Shown here in pieces: positions 36,654 to 48,500 of a stretch of 64,000 nt of DNA. Below the pieces are notes generated by a model. That model was given only the letters and a program-made list of their open reading frames with translations, made no database searches and was not told where the DNA came from. The position numbers and the translations under genes are program-made. Each line of letters begins with the position of its first letter. Within the stretch, counting starts at the first letter, position 1. Origin of the DNA: a virus; the IMG/VR virus record IMGVR_UViG_3300028571_000013, positions 32,001 through 96,000 of that record; one strand, 5' to 3'.

Positions 36654-37288
36654 CGTATCTTCATATTAATATATTAGAGTCTAATGATGAAATTAGTCAA
36701 AAAATATTAAAAGCTTTATTACCAGAAGTTACTAAATATTTTAATAAAGCATTTAATCAGTGTAAAAAAGAAATTGCTACTATTGTTAGTAATGCTATTG
36801 TAAGCTCACCAGAATATCAGTCAATAATGTCTGGTAAGCTAAAATATGAATTTGGTTTGCCAGATTCTGGTAGTAGACTATCATCTATTCTATCTTTCTG
36901 GAAATATTTAGACATACAATATGATAAACCTAAAATTATTAAAAATCAAATTAATAGCTATTTTACTTTATCTATGATCAGATCTGATTACTCCGACGTT
37001 TTATCATCAGCAGCAGCAGTTTTTAAAACAGAAAAAGGTAGTGATCTTGCATGGTTACAATGGTTATTATTATTTGGGGATAAAGTAATTATAAAAGATT
37101 ATTCTGTAGAGATGGGGCCAAATCCCAGATCAAGAACAGGTAATGCTATTATGGTTGGAAATACAAGAGGTAGATGGAGTGTTCCTCCAGAATTTTCTGG
37201 TACGGCACAAAACAATTGGATCACAAGAGCCATAGATAGTGTAGATAGTGATATTAACGAACTATTAAATAAATGCCTAAAGGTTTAA
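36650..37288 (+). CDS. Putative neck / tail completion protein
   Basis: Position in the neck cluster. Confidence 0.45.
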   Translation: MTYLHINILESNDEISQKILKALLPEVTKYFNKAFNQCKKEIATIVSNAIVSSPEYQSIMSGKLKYEFGLPDSGSRLSSILSFWKYLDIQYDKPKIIKNQINSYFTLSMIRSDYSDVLSSAAAVFKTEKGSDLAWLQWLLLFGDKVIIKDYSVEMGPNPRSRTGNAIMVGNTRGRWSVPPEFSGTAQNNWITRAIDSVDSDINELLNKCLKV

Positions 37289-37295
37289 ATTTTAT

Positions 37296-38243
37296 ATGGT
37301 AGCTGGAGATGAAAAATTCACTGGAGTATCCTCCATAAATGACTATTTACTTATTTCTAACCTAGAAAATAATCTACATTCATTTTTAGACTGGGGATTT
37401 TTAAACATTGGCGGATTTATTAATGTGAGTGGGGCTACTACTGATTATAGCTCTAATCCTAACCAGTTAGGCATTGTGATAGACCCTAATTATAATGATG
37501 GTCAAGTATGGCAGACTAGGCATTTTAATTGGGTGTGGGAATCTGGCATAACTTTTGGATCCTCTTCTCCCTCAATGATAACGTCAGTTAGTGTGGACGG
37601 CACTATAGTAAATAGTAGTAATTATATATTAGACTATATGAATAGTAGAGTAATTTTTAATACAGCTATCCCAACAGATAGTATTGTTACTATGAATTAC
37701 TCCTACAAGCTTGTTCAGATACACAAGTCATCTGATATTGCAGCTGCTACGTGGAAACAATTTGAATTAGATATGGCTAACGACACCGCTCAATTTGATG
37801 ATAATACCGGGGAATATGCTATTTTTGCACAGAATAGGATCCAGTTACCTTGTGTTATTATAGAAACTATTCCTAGGAGTGAATCTAAGCCATATCAATT
37901 AGGAAATAAATCACTAAGAACATATCAAGATATTCTATTACGTGTGGTAGCATCAAATATGAGCCATCGTAATTCTATAGCTGATATTATTAGATTACAA
38001 GATGATAAAGTTATATGGCTATATGATACTAATACTATTATTGGCGCTAATATTTTACCATTTAATTTTAATGGATCATTAAATAGTAATAGATTAAATT
38101 ATGGTCAAATCGTTAATGATAATGCTTATCGCTGGAAAAGCTGTCATTTGAAAAATTTTATTATCTCAGAAGTAGAGTCACGATATTATTTTGAAGAGGT
38201 TAGAATACGTATTACAGCTGAAATTATTTTTGATAATATTTAA
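37296..38243 (+). CDS. Putative tail terminator / neck protein
   Basis: IQLPCVIIE motif; immediately before the tail tube genes. Confidence 0.45.
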   Translation: MVAGDEKFTGVSSINDYLLISNLENNLHSFLDWGFLNIGGFINVSGATTDYSSNPNQLGIVIDPNYNDGQVWQTRHFNWVWESGITFGSSSPSMITSVSVDGTIVNSSNYILDYMNSRVIFNTAIPTDSIVTMNYSYKLVQIHKSSDIAAATWKQFELDMANDTAQFDDNTGEYAIFAQNRIQLPCVIIETIPRSESKPYQLGNKSLRTYQDILLRVVASNMSHRNSIADIIRLQDDKVIWLYDTNTIIGANILPFNFNGSLNSNRLNYGQIVNDNAYRWKSCHLKNFIISEVESRYYFEEVRIRITAEIIFDNI

Positions 38244-38303
38244 GCATTTGGTGTATAAAACAAATAGTGTTACCACAGTTTCAACTTAAATGGAGATTTT
38301 ATT

Positions 38304-39197
38304 ATGCCAAATAATAGAGTGTTTTACGCTTCCCAAGGTGTTAGTGTGGGAGGCACAACGGTTCAGGGCGCTCAAAGCGTCGGAATCACAACAAACTTTA
38401 ATCTAGAGCAAGCTTTCCAACTAGGTCAATTGTCCCTTTATGACAATATCTCTCTTGATCCTGAGGTAGAGATCACAGTATCTAAGGTTCTAGATGGTGA
38501 AGATTCAATTTGGAATCTTGCTGGTACCACTGGAACAAGCCTTATTGATAATGCTAATGATAGCACAACAGTAGTAGTTGGTATTGGTAGCGATATTGCC
38601 AGCTCACTTACTAGTAGTAGTGCTGTTACTTGCACAGGTATGTTCATTTCGTCTGTTAGCTATACGTTCCCTGTTGACGGTAATCTATCAGAAGAAATCA
38701 CTTTTATCGGCAATGCTAAGGCTCTTAGCGGTAGCGTTAGTGCTCCAGGCGTAACATCAAGTCAAGTATTACGTAGACAGAATGTTAATATTGCAGGTTC
38801 AACCATACCAACAGAAGTTAGTGGTAAGAATATTACAAGCATTACTATCAGTGCTGATCTTGGTAGAGAAACAATGTATAAGCTTGGTAGTCTTGCCCCA
38901 TTTCATCGCTTTGTAAATTTTCCACTCGAAGTTACATGTGAATTTGAAGTTAGTGCCACTGAGCTAGATGGTGTTGCAGTTAGTATTCCAAGTGCTGCTT
39001 GTAGCGGTTTACCAGCTAATGATAGAAGCATTCTTGTTAAGATTTGTGACGCAACTGGTACCGATAGATATGAGTTTGATCTTGGCACCAAATGCAAGCT
39101 TACTAGTGTTAACTATAGTGGTGGCGATACTGGCGGCGGCAATGCCACAGTTACCTACTCCTATAGTACCTACAATGAGCTAGATATCGTCGGCTGA
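38304..39197 (+). CDS. Major tail (tube) protein, paralogue 1
   Basis: GGAG RBS, beta-rich, followed by a terminator; position. Confidence 0.65.
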   Translation: MPNNRVFYASQGVSVGGTTVQGAQSVGITTNFNLEQAFQLGQLSLYDNISLDPEVEITVSKVLDGEDSIWNLAGTTGTSLIDNANDSTTVVVGIGSDIASSLTSSSAVTCTGMFISSVSYTFPVDGNLSEEITFIGNAKALSGSVSAPGVTSSQVLRRQNVNIAGSTIPTEVSGKNITSITISADLGRETMYKLGSLAPFHRFVNFPLEVTCEFEVSATELDGVAVSIPSAACSGLPANDRSILVKICDATGTDRYEFDLGTKCKLTSVNYSGGDTGGGNATVTYSYSTYNELDIVG

Positions 39198-39225
39198 TCG
39201 TAGTATCATATTGTTGGGAACATAG

Positions 39226-39253
39226 TGCGGGGGAGGATTCTTCCCCCGCATTT
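39226..39253 (+). terminator. Intrinsic terminator-like hairpin
   Basis: gtgcgggggag-gatt-cttcccccgcat-tt. Confidence 0.7.
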
Positions 39254-39279
39254 CACTTATATTTAGGAGTAGTCACAAC

Positions 39280-40140
39280 ATGGGTAATAGAATTTTTTAT
39301 GCTTGCCAAGCTGTGGCAATCAATGGGGCCCCCGTTAATGGCGCTCAAAGTGTTGGTATTACCACGAGTTTTGATTTAGAACCGGTATTTCAATTGGGTC
39401 AGATCAAACCGGTTGATATCTTAAATATATCTCCTAATGTTGAAGTCACTCTTACGAGAGCTCTTACTAGTCAAAATGCTACTGTTTGGAGTGGAGATTT
39501 TATTACTAATGTTGGATCGGCTAATAAGACTATTTGTATAGCTATTGGAGATGACACAGCTCCACTGTTAACTTCCAGTACCGCACAAATATATTGTACT
39601 GGTGCTGGTATTAGTGGTGTAACATATACATTTCCGGTTGATGGAATATTTACCGAAGAAGTCACCTTCGTTGCTCAACATAAACAAATTGGTGGTTGTG
39701 CAATTGTTATGTCTGAAGATACTACTTCAAAAGCAAAAACTAGACAACATTATAGTAGTGGCGCTCCATCTTTGGTTACCAGTGCCGGTAATCTGACAAA
39801 TATTACCATTAGCACATCTGTTGGTCGTGAAAATTTGTTTAAGCTAGGTCAATATCAATCATATCATAATTATGCTAATTTACCAGCTGAAGTAAGTGTG
39901 GAATTTGAAGTTAGCGCAACGTCTACTGATGGTATAGCCCTAGCTACCGCAGGATCTTGTAGTAGTCCTACTGGTGGAGCATTTGATGAACAAAATATTG
40001 TTTTAAATATATGTGGTAAAACATTTACAATGGATAAGTGTAAATTATCTAATGTTACATATGGTGGTGGTGATACAAGTGGTGGAAATGCCACTATCAC
40101 ATTTTCATATACAACATATAATAATTTAACAGTTAGTTAA
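39280..40140 (+). CDS. Tail (tube) protein, paralogue 2
   Basis: Colinear similarity with 38304-39197 (NR.FYA.Q.V, GAQSVGITT.F.LE..FQLGQ, YTFPVDG, GGDT.GGNAT). Confidence 0.7.
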   Translation: MGNRIFYACQAVAINGAPVNGAQSVGITTSFDLEPVFQLGQIKPVDILNISPNVEVTLTRALTSQNATVWSGDFITNVGSANKTICIAIGDDTAPLLTSSTAQIYCTGAGISGVTYTFPVDGIFTEEVTFVAQHKQIGGCAIVMSEDTTSKAKTRQHYSSGAPSLVTSAGNLTNITISTSVGRENLFKLGQYQSYHNYANLPAEVSVEFEVSATSTDGIALATAGSCSSPTGGAFDEQNIVLNICGKTFTMDKCKLSNVTYGGGDTSGGNATITFSYTTYNNLTVS

Positions 40141-40162
40141 TAATTAATTTTTTTAGGAAATT

Positions 40163-41194
40163 ATGCAGGATATTGAAGGACTAGTATATAGAATCATTAA
40201 TTCATATTATTATGTTGATATTAATAATATAAGTTATAAGGTGTTATCTCCAAGTTTAAAAATTAAACAACAAGCTCATAATATATACTTATCTATTCTA
40301 AATAGTAATAAGTTTGATGATACCAGCTGGATCCGTAAAACTGATGCTCAAGCTATTCTAAATCATAATAAAATCTGGGATAATGAGAAGGATGAACAAT
40401 TTAAGATATTAAGTAATCGTCTTGATGATATGAAAATTGAATTATATCTTAAGTTTCTTGATCCTGTAATGAAGAAGAAAATAAAAGCTAGTATAGAAAC
40501 TGGTAAAAATAAAATACAAGAGATGTTACACCTTAAAAATTCTATGGATCATTTAACTCTTGAAAATCATGCAGAGGGTATTAAAAATGAACATATTATA
40601 TTAAATACGGTGTATGATATAAATGATAATTTGGCGATTCAAGATACTGTGGACACGAGATTATTTGAATCATTTGTTGTTGCGATAAATAAAGCATCTA
40701 TAGGAATGGAAATTCTAAGGGAAGTTGCTAGAAGTGACTTATGGAAATCATTCTGGGATGCAGCAAAAGTAAATGTTTTTGAGTTGCCTGCATATAATTG
40801 GACAGATGAACAAAGACTATTAATTAATTTGAGCAAAATGTATGACTCTGTTAGAGAACATCCTGAATCACCAGAGGATGATGTTATAGCAGATGATGAT
40901 GCATTGGATGGATGGATGATGTTTCATAGAAGAAAAATTGAAAAGGAACGTAAGAAAAATAAATTAATGGATAGTGTTGGTGGAAAATATAAGAACGCTG
41001 GGGAGGTATTTATTGTGACGAACTCTGCTGAAGAAGCAAAAGAAATTTATGGTTTAAATGATCCAGAAGCTATGGCAGCAATTAATCATATGAAAACATT
41101 AGCACAGACTGCTGAACAACCTATTCAATGGGCTGACTTACCTCACGTTAAGGCTGATTTACAGAATAAGCTAAAACAAAAACACAAAAAGTGA
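40163..41194 (+). CDS. Putative tail assembly chaperone
   Basis: Helical; lies between the tube and tape-measure genes. Confidence 0.45.
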   Translation: MQDIEGLVYRIINSYYYVDINNISYKVLSPSLKIKQQAHNIYLSILNSNKFDDTSWIRKTDAQAILNHNKIWDNEKDEQFKILSNRLDDMKIELYLKFLDPVMKKKIKASIETGKNKIQEMLHLKNSMDHLTLENHAEGIKNEHIILNTVYDINDNLAIQDTVDTRLFESFVVAINKASIGMEILREVARSDLWKSFWDAAKVNVFELPAYNWTDEQRLLINLSKMYDSVREHPESPEDDVIADDDALDGWMMFHRRKIEKERKKNKLMDSVGGKYKNAGEVFIVTNSAEEAKEIYGLNDPEAMAAINHMKTLAQTAEQPIQWADLPHVKADLQNKLKQKHKK

Positions 41195-41216
41195 TATATC
41201 TAAAGGAAAATAATTT

Positions 41217-41528
41217 ATGAAAAATAACCAATCTTCTAGTCGCAGAGAAATTATAGAACAAATTGAAATAAGATTTAAAACTATAATGATAGGCTCTTTA
41301 GCAAGATTCGAAAAAGAATTTGGTCATTTATGGAATAATAATGCTGAGCCATCCAATAATCAAGAAGAATATTTTAGTGAAAAGTGGGAAGATTTGAGAC
41401 ATGATCTATTGGACCATGGAAATAATCAAATCCGTCAAGGAATAGAAGAATTGAATATGTATTTAAATAATGTTGAGAAATATAGACTACAAGTGTTTTA
41501 TAATCATAACAAGGAGAATAATCGATGA
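41217..41528 (+). CDS. Hypothetical protein
   Basis: ORF with AAGGA RBS. Confidence 0.7.
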   Translation: MKNNQSSSRREIIEQIEIRFKTIMIGSLARFEKEFGHLWNNNAEPSNNQEEYFSEKWEDLRHDLLDHGNNQIRQGIEELNMYLNNVEKYRLQVFYNHNKENNR

Positions 41529-42400
41529 GCGAAACTTTTAAGACAAAGATTCAGGATAAAGAAGTTACATTCTTAGTTAGGATGCCTAACCTACAAAATC
41601 AGAGAGAAGGACAAAAGATCTATAATCAAGCATTCTCGGATGCTGTTAAATCTGGTTCTATTGTTAGAGCTAAATTAGATGATCTATTAACAGAACAAGG
41701 ATTATGGGACGATAATAAACAGGCTAGATTTTTAGCCATTCAAAGAGAGCTTAATGATAGTGAAAAGAAATTGGCTGTTGGTGGTATTTCTCTAAAAGAA
41801 GCCAAAAATATAGCTATTTCTATGAAAAGAGTAAGAGATGAACTAAGAGAGTTAATTTCTGTTAGAACCAACTTAGACACCCATACTGCCGAAGGACAAG
41901 CTGATAACTCTAGATTTAATTATCTAGTTTCATGTTGTGTGGTGTATAATGATAACAAGAAGTCTTATTTTAATAATTATGAAGATTACTTGAATAGGTC
42001 CTCAGATCCCGTTGGTATACTTGGTGCACAAAAATTAGCATCAATGTTATATGGATTGGATTCAGATTTTGAGAAAAAACTACCAGAAAATAAGTTTTTA
42101 TTGGATTATAAGTTTATTAATGATGATTTGAGATACATTAATAGAGAAAGTCAGTTGATTGATGAAGATGGCAGACTGGTTGATGAAAATGGAAGATACA
42201 TTAATGATAGTGGGAAATTTGTTGATAGGGAAGGAAATTTGGTTAATGAAAAGGGAGATTATGTTGTAGATTTTACTCCGTTTGTTGATGATGAAGGTAA
42301 GCCAATAGTATTGGAACAGAAACCAAATGAAAAACCAGTCATTGACCAATCGACTCCGGAACCCAAACCAACAACAGAAACACCCCCTGTTAGCTCATGA
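41525..42400 (+). CDS. Putative tail assembly chaperone with 7-residue (D/N)xxG repeats
   Basis: LIDEDGRLVDENGRYINDSGKFVDREGNLVNEKGDY; directly upstream of the TMP gene. Confidence 0.5.
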   Translation: MSETFKTKIQDKEVTFLVRMPNLQNQREGQKIYNQAFSDAVKSGSIVRAKLDDLLTEQGLWDDNKQARFLAIQRELNDSEKKLAVGGISLKEAKNIAISMKRVRDELRELISVRTNLDTHTAEGQADNSRFNYLVSCCVVYNDNKKSYFNNYEDYLNRSSDPVGILGAQKLASMLYGLDSDFEKKLPENKFLLDYKFINDDLRYINRESQLIDEDGRLVDENGRYINDSGKFVDREGNLVNEKGDYVVDFTPFVDDEGKPIVLEQKPNEKPVIDQSTPEPKPTTETPPVSS

Positions 42401-42437
42401 TATCAGTGTAGTATTTGATTATATAAAACCTTGTAAT

Positions 42438-42471
42438 AATCCTCCATATTCCATGAGTATGGGGGATTTTT
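42438..42471 (+). terminator. Hairpin plus T-run upstream of the TMP gene
   Basis: aatcctccatatt-ccat-gagtatgggggatt-ttt. Confidence 0.5.
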
Positions 42472-42503
42472 ATTTCATCAATATTATGGAGCTATAATTA
42501 TAT

Positions 42504-45500
42504 ATGGCAGCAGCATTTAATTTGACAGCACAGATTAATTTGAGAGGACCAACCAACACAAAATCAATTGCTTCGTCTATTAGAAAGCAATTATCTAATA
42601 TCAAGGTTAAGATAGATCTTGATATGAAAGGATCTTCAGCCAAAAGTATAGCTCTGGTTAATAAAGGTTTACAAAGCATAGCTACAAATGCATCTAAAGC
42701 TAATTCTAATATTAATCAACTTAATGCTAGCATTCAACAATTAGCGACTAGTCTTGGTGGACTTGCAGCTTCTAGTCCACAAGCATTAGCGGCCACAGGT
42801 AAAGCGGCAAGTTCAGCTGGTAAGTCTGTTTCTACTGCAACTTCTCAGATGCAAGAATTCGGTAAACAGTCTGGACTAGCTATTCGTAGATTTGCTGCCT
42901 TCAGTACAGTTACTGGCGTAATTTATAGTTTAACTAATGCTATTACTAGTGCTTTTAAAGAATTTATTACATTTGATAAAGAACTGGTCAGATTATCTCA
43001 AGTTACTGGATCGAGCATGACTGCTTTATCCGATATTACAAAAGAAATAACCAGACTATCAACTACTCTGGGCGTTACATCTTCTGACTTATTACAAGTT
43101 TCTGTAACCTTAGCTCAAGCCGGCTTATCTGCACAAGATACTAAAACAGCACTTGAAGCATTGGCTAAATCAGCTTTAGCGCCATCTTTCGACGATTTAA
43201 ATAGTACAGTAGAAGGTAGTATTGCTTTAATGAGGCAGTTTGGTATTAGTTCTGGAGAGCTAGAAGGCGCTCTTGGTAGTATCAATGCTGTTGCTGCTGC
43301 ATTTGCTGTGGAAGCTAGCGATATTATCGTTGCTATACAAAGAACCGGTGGTGTGTTTGCTGCTGCTAGTAATGGTGTTAGTCAGGGTACGGATGCTCTT
43401 AATGAATTCATATCAGTATTTACTAGCGTACGAGCTACTACTCGTGAAAGTGCCGAAACTATCGCTACGGGTTTAAGAACAATATTTACCAGAATACAGA
43501 GAGGAGCAACAATAGAAACTCTCAAAGAATATGGTGTTGTATTAACAGACTTAGAAGGGAAATTCGTTGGACCATATGAGGCTGTTCGCAGATTAAGTGA
43601 GGGTCTTAATGGCCTTGATACTCGTGACTTGAGATTCTCTAAGGTTGTTGAAGAACTTGGTGGATTTAGACAAATTGGTAAGGTTATTCCTCTTATCCAG
43701 CAGTTTGCAACAGCAGAAAATGCCTTATCAATTGCTCAAAAGGGTCAGAGTTCTTTGAGTAAGAATGCTGTAGAAGCTCAAAAATCGTTAGCTATTCAGT
43801 TTGAAAAAACTAGACAAGCCTTCGTTGCCCTCATTAGAGATGTTGGCAATAGTAGTACCTTTAGAACAATTGCAACGATAAGTTTAACTACCGCTAATGC
43901 TTTCGTATCTCTTGCATCAGCACTTAAGCCATTGTTACCAATGTTAACGGCTCTTGCTGCTATTAAGGGAGCATCAATTCTTAGTGAATTTACTTCTGGT
44001 TTTGTAGGAGGTCTTGGTAAAGGCGCTCCTGATGGAGGAGACGACGGAGGTGGTGGTGGCGGTGCAGGGGGTGGAGGCTCTGGCGGCGGTGGTTCGGGCG
44101 GTAAGAGTGGCAAGAGTGGCAAGGGGAAAGGTCCAGCAAGCTCTAAGGTTGTAATGGCTAATACCCATGCTACAGCTGCAAATACTTCACAACTATCTAT
44201 AGTTAATACCACATTAGTAGGAATGATTACTAGTTTAAATAACTTAACTCAGATTATTGATAATGCATTTCCACCATCTGGAGGAACCGGATCTGGTCCG
44301 ACAACAGCTAGTAAGGGTGGCAGAATATTAGGATTTAAACGAGGGGGTAGTGTTCCTGGTTATGGTAGAGGAGATAAAGTATCGGCTCTATTAGAACCAA
44401 AAGAATATGTTATGAGTCGTGATGCTGTTGAGAAATATGGCACGGGTACATTTGATGCCATGAATAGTGGAGGAGCTATTCAGAGATTTAGTGTTGGTGG
44501 AGGTACTGATGCTATATCAACATATAAAGCAAGCTCTATGGGGCTTAATAGAAGTTTAATGCTTGGAACTCCATTAACTAAAGAACAACAAAAAATCAAC
44601 AAAGACTTAAGTAAACAAGCCAAAGATAAATTACCAAAACAATTATATTCTGGTATCGGAGAAAATAGACTCAACATTATTAAAAAACAGGTTGGAGACA
44701 AGCTACAAGAATCAAAAGGTAAAACATTTTCACTGCCTGGATTTTTATCTACCAGTTCAGATAGTTCTATTGCAATGGAGTTTGCTCGCCAAGGACTTTT
44801 GACTATTTTGACCAACCCTAAGAAAAAAGGCATTAATACCAATAAACGAGTGAGCACAGAATATGATCTGGAAAAAGAATTTATATTACCTCAAAATTCT
44901 AAATTTAAAGTCTTAAAAGCAGAACAAAGTCAGTCTGCTGTTCGTCCTGGTAGTTCTTTGAAAAAAGAAAAATCTAATTTAGATGTTCAACAACTAGCTT
45001 CGGGTGGAGCTATACAAAAATTTGGTAAAGGGTCGTCTGGTGGCAAGGGAGTTAAAGCATCTAAGCCTAATAGTCAATCATTAGTTGACCTACCTCCAGA
45101 CAAGGATACGCATTTTACACACCTAGACGCAAGAGTAGAAGCTAAAGATTTCCCCAAAGAATTTCAAAACTATTTAAAGAAAAACAAAAAAACATCAGTC
45201 GTTGATGCATTATATTCTAGTATGGGTTTAGATTTACCAAGAAACTGGAACCTAGACTGGAGCCAGTCACCTAATAGTGCTGGTTCATCTAGTAAATTGC
45301 TATCAGACTATATATCTAAGCCTAGCAATGAGATATTTAAAACATTATTAGGTAATAGAAAATCCTCTTCTGCGGCTGAAAAATATGGTTTTGAAGGTAG
45401 AGAAAAGTCTATAGCTGCTGGCTTTCTGTCCGAGGCACAAGATAATATTAGATCTAATTTGGCATCTTTGATTAAAAGTAATAGTAAGAAATTCTATGAT

Positions 45501-48500
45501 ACTGACAAAGATGATGTCTCCACGACCATGCCTGATCTTTTAGAAAGAAGTATAGGTAAGTCTTTACCTAAATCAAAATCACCAGTGCTTATGGAGGCAT
45601 TAAAAACTAAAATAGCTTATGTAGGCAAGAATAGTAAAGGTAAGGACTATAGAGATAGAATTAATAGGGAAATGAGGAAAGTACTAAACTCAAATAAAAA
45701 ATCTAATGGAGGATTCATACAAAAATTTGCTGATGCTGGAGAAGTTGATATTGATGAAAGCTTATTAAGACCTTATGGACAAGTTGGTGTTTTAGCTAAA
45801 AAGAGTCTTAAGGGTGATGCGGGATTAAGTATAGAAGAGGCCGTTAGGGAGGTTCTAGTTAAACAATTAGCCGGGCTAGGTAATGAAGCTGGTATAGCAG
45901 AACTAACCGCCATTCCTGCAAACCTACGCAGGAAGCTTAGGAAAGACATGATTTCTAAAGGGCAGATAGATTTACTAGGAGCATCTGATGTAATTAATAA
46001 TGCTCTGTCCTCTAAGGGAGTACAAGATGCAGAGTATGCTGCTAAAGTTGAAAAAATGAAAAAGGTTGGTGTTGTTGGATTAGTAGATGGTCAGGGTAAA
46101 TTAGATTATTCTAAAGATTTTGATAATTGGGATATTGGTAATAATCGTACAGTCTACGCTTATGCTAGAGGTTTCAAGTCCCAATATTTTGACGCTGTTA
46201 CTAAAATGCAACAGCAAACAGCATCTGCTAAGGGTCAGTTTGCAGAAAATCTACAATATGCTGATATATTTACTGGTGAACCACTAGCTTTTGATTTTGA
46301 TGAAACTTTAGTTGCTGGAGCAGATATTCTTAATGATAAAGGTAAACCAGATATTCCTAAATATTCTGATAGAACCATTGTGCAAGAAGCTCTAAAGAAG
46401 GGTAGATTAACAAAACTAGGAGCTAAGTTAAAATCTCTTATAGATGCCGACCCAGACTTTATTAAACAAACTAGAATTCTTACTGCTAGACCACAAAATA
46501 CTGAAGATCTTTTGGCACAGACCCTACAGAGTTTTGGACTACCATATAAAGCTGATGATGTTACTGGAGTAAGTCAAGGTCCTGGTACAGATATTGCTGG
46601 TGCCAAAGCGGCTAATTTAAGCAAGACAGAAAAATTAATTGATGATAATCTAGATAATGTTAGGGCTGCTGAAAAATCTGGTAAAAAAGCTTATCAATAT
46701 AGAGAACCAGGATTAGCTCCAGAATATCAAGAATTGATGGGTCAAGGAAATATTGAGGGTGCCGTAGTAGAGGCGGCATTAGCAGAGCTTGGAGCTAGCT
46801 TACCGCCAATCGCCCAACTAGAACAGAATAGAGCCGTAGACTTTGAGAATGGATTAGGCCCAGCTGCTAAATATTTTGGTATCCCAAGCAATATTCCAAC
46901 AGAAGTAAAGAGAACTCTTACCGGTTATGCTTTTGATAGAGCTCGTAAAGAGTTTGGTAGATATTATGATGAGAATCCTAGTAAGTGGTTTGAGGGTGGA
47001 CAAATTCAAGCTTTTGATGAGGGGTCTATGGGAGGCGTTAAGCCAGATAGATCAACTAAGAATAAAAGAAGAGGGGCCTATGGTACTCGTGGCTTTACGC
47101 CACTGTCCCCATCAGAGCACTCCTCATTTGCTGCACAAGCTTATAGAGATGCTGATAGTGATGATAGTGTTGAGTGGTCAGATCATTATGGCATGAAGAT
47201 GCCAAAAGTATTAGCTGATTATTATGATAAACTTAATAAGTGGACTTTTGAATCTGGTGGTGCTGGTATTGCTATTGGTAAGAAATTGGTTAAGCTACCT
47301 GATGATATAGATCCAGAAGCTTTAGAAGCACTTAAACCAGATTTAATTAAACAATATGATGGATGGTATACAGAGGTAGAAGAAGTATTACCATTTGGTA
47401 GACCAACAGAAACAAAGAATCCAGCACTAGCAGCTAAACAAGCTAGAGCATCAGCAGCACTAACGGCAGAAAGTCGTAATACTGCTTATACACAAGCAGA
47501 GGATGCTATAGGTTCATTTAAGAAAACTGGACAATTATCTTTTGATCCATCAATTGATAGTCATATCAAATCATCTTTTCCAAGCTATATTAGTGAATTA
47601 GAGGATGAATTAAAATCAACAAGTGATCCCGATGAAAAAATCTCTATTCAGCGCAAACTATCTAAGGCACAAAAGGCCTGGCCAGATTACCAGGCACTAA
47701 CTAAGGGAACATCAGTACCAAATCAAGGTAGAGTAACAGCGCTATCAGAAACCTTATATACTTTATTAGATCAGTATGGTAGTGGAGATGTTGCCGTATC
47801 CGAACTAGATAATATTCTTAAGGCTATGGGACAGAAACTACCAGTTAAAAAAGCCCATGGAGGAATACTACAAAAATTTAGTATTGGTGGTAAACTTTCA
47901 AGAGGATCGAATGTTCAGAATACAACGCAAGGGTTTGCGGTTGGAGGCGAAACAGAAGCTTTAAGTGACCTTAGAGATTGGACAAACGTTCAACAAGATC
48001 CAAACTTCCAACAAGCTGTTACTGACTTTGAAGGACTCTACGGCAGAAACAACGTCATGAATAAGCCTCAGTTTGATGCTTATGATAAAGATAAGAGTAA
48101 AACCCCCAAAATAGGAATGGACGAAGGATTAAGTGGGGCCTCGTACAAGGTTACTCCGGGAATGATAGAGCAGAAGGGCGCAGAATATCAAGATATTATA
48201 GCTAATAGGGTAGCAGGATATCGAAAAGCAAATAAAGTTCAGCAAGCAGCGATTGAAAAAAATAAGATTAAGTCCCCAGCACAACAAGCTATGGAGGACG
48301 CCCCATTCTTTAAAGACGCTCGTATACAAAAGGCTCTTGAGGATCAAGGAAAGGGGATGAGAGACTACGAACCTCGTCCTAAGCAATATGCTATTGGAGG
48401 AATACTACAAAAATTTGCAGATGGAGGAGCGCCCGGTAAGAAATATTCTTGGAGAGAAAGTAAAGGAGTTATGGATTCCTTTAATTCTAAAAGGACTTGG

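Noticed and set aside
40163-42400. Programmed -1 frameshift between tail chaperone genes
   Set aside because: No convincing slippery heptamer at an ORF overlap; each ORF has its own RBS.
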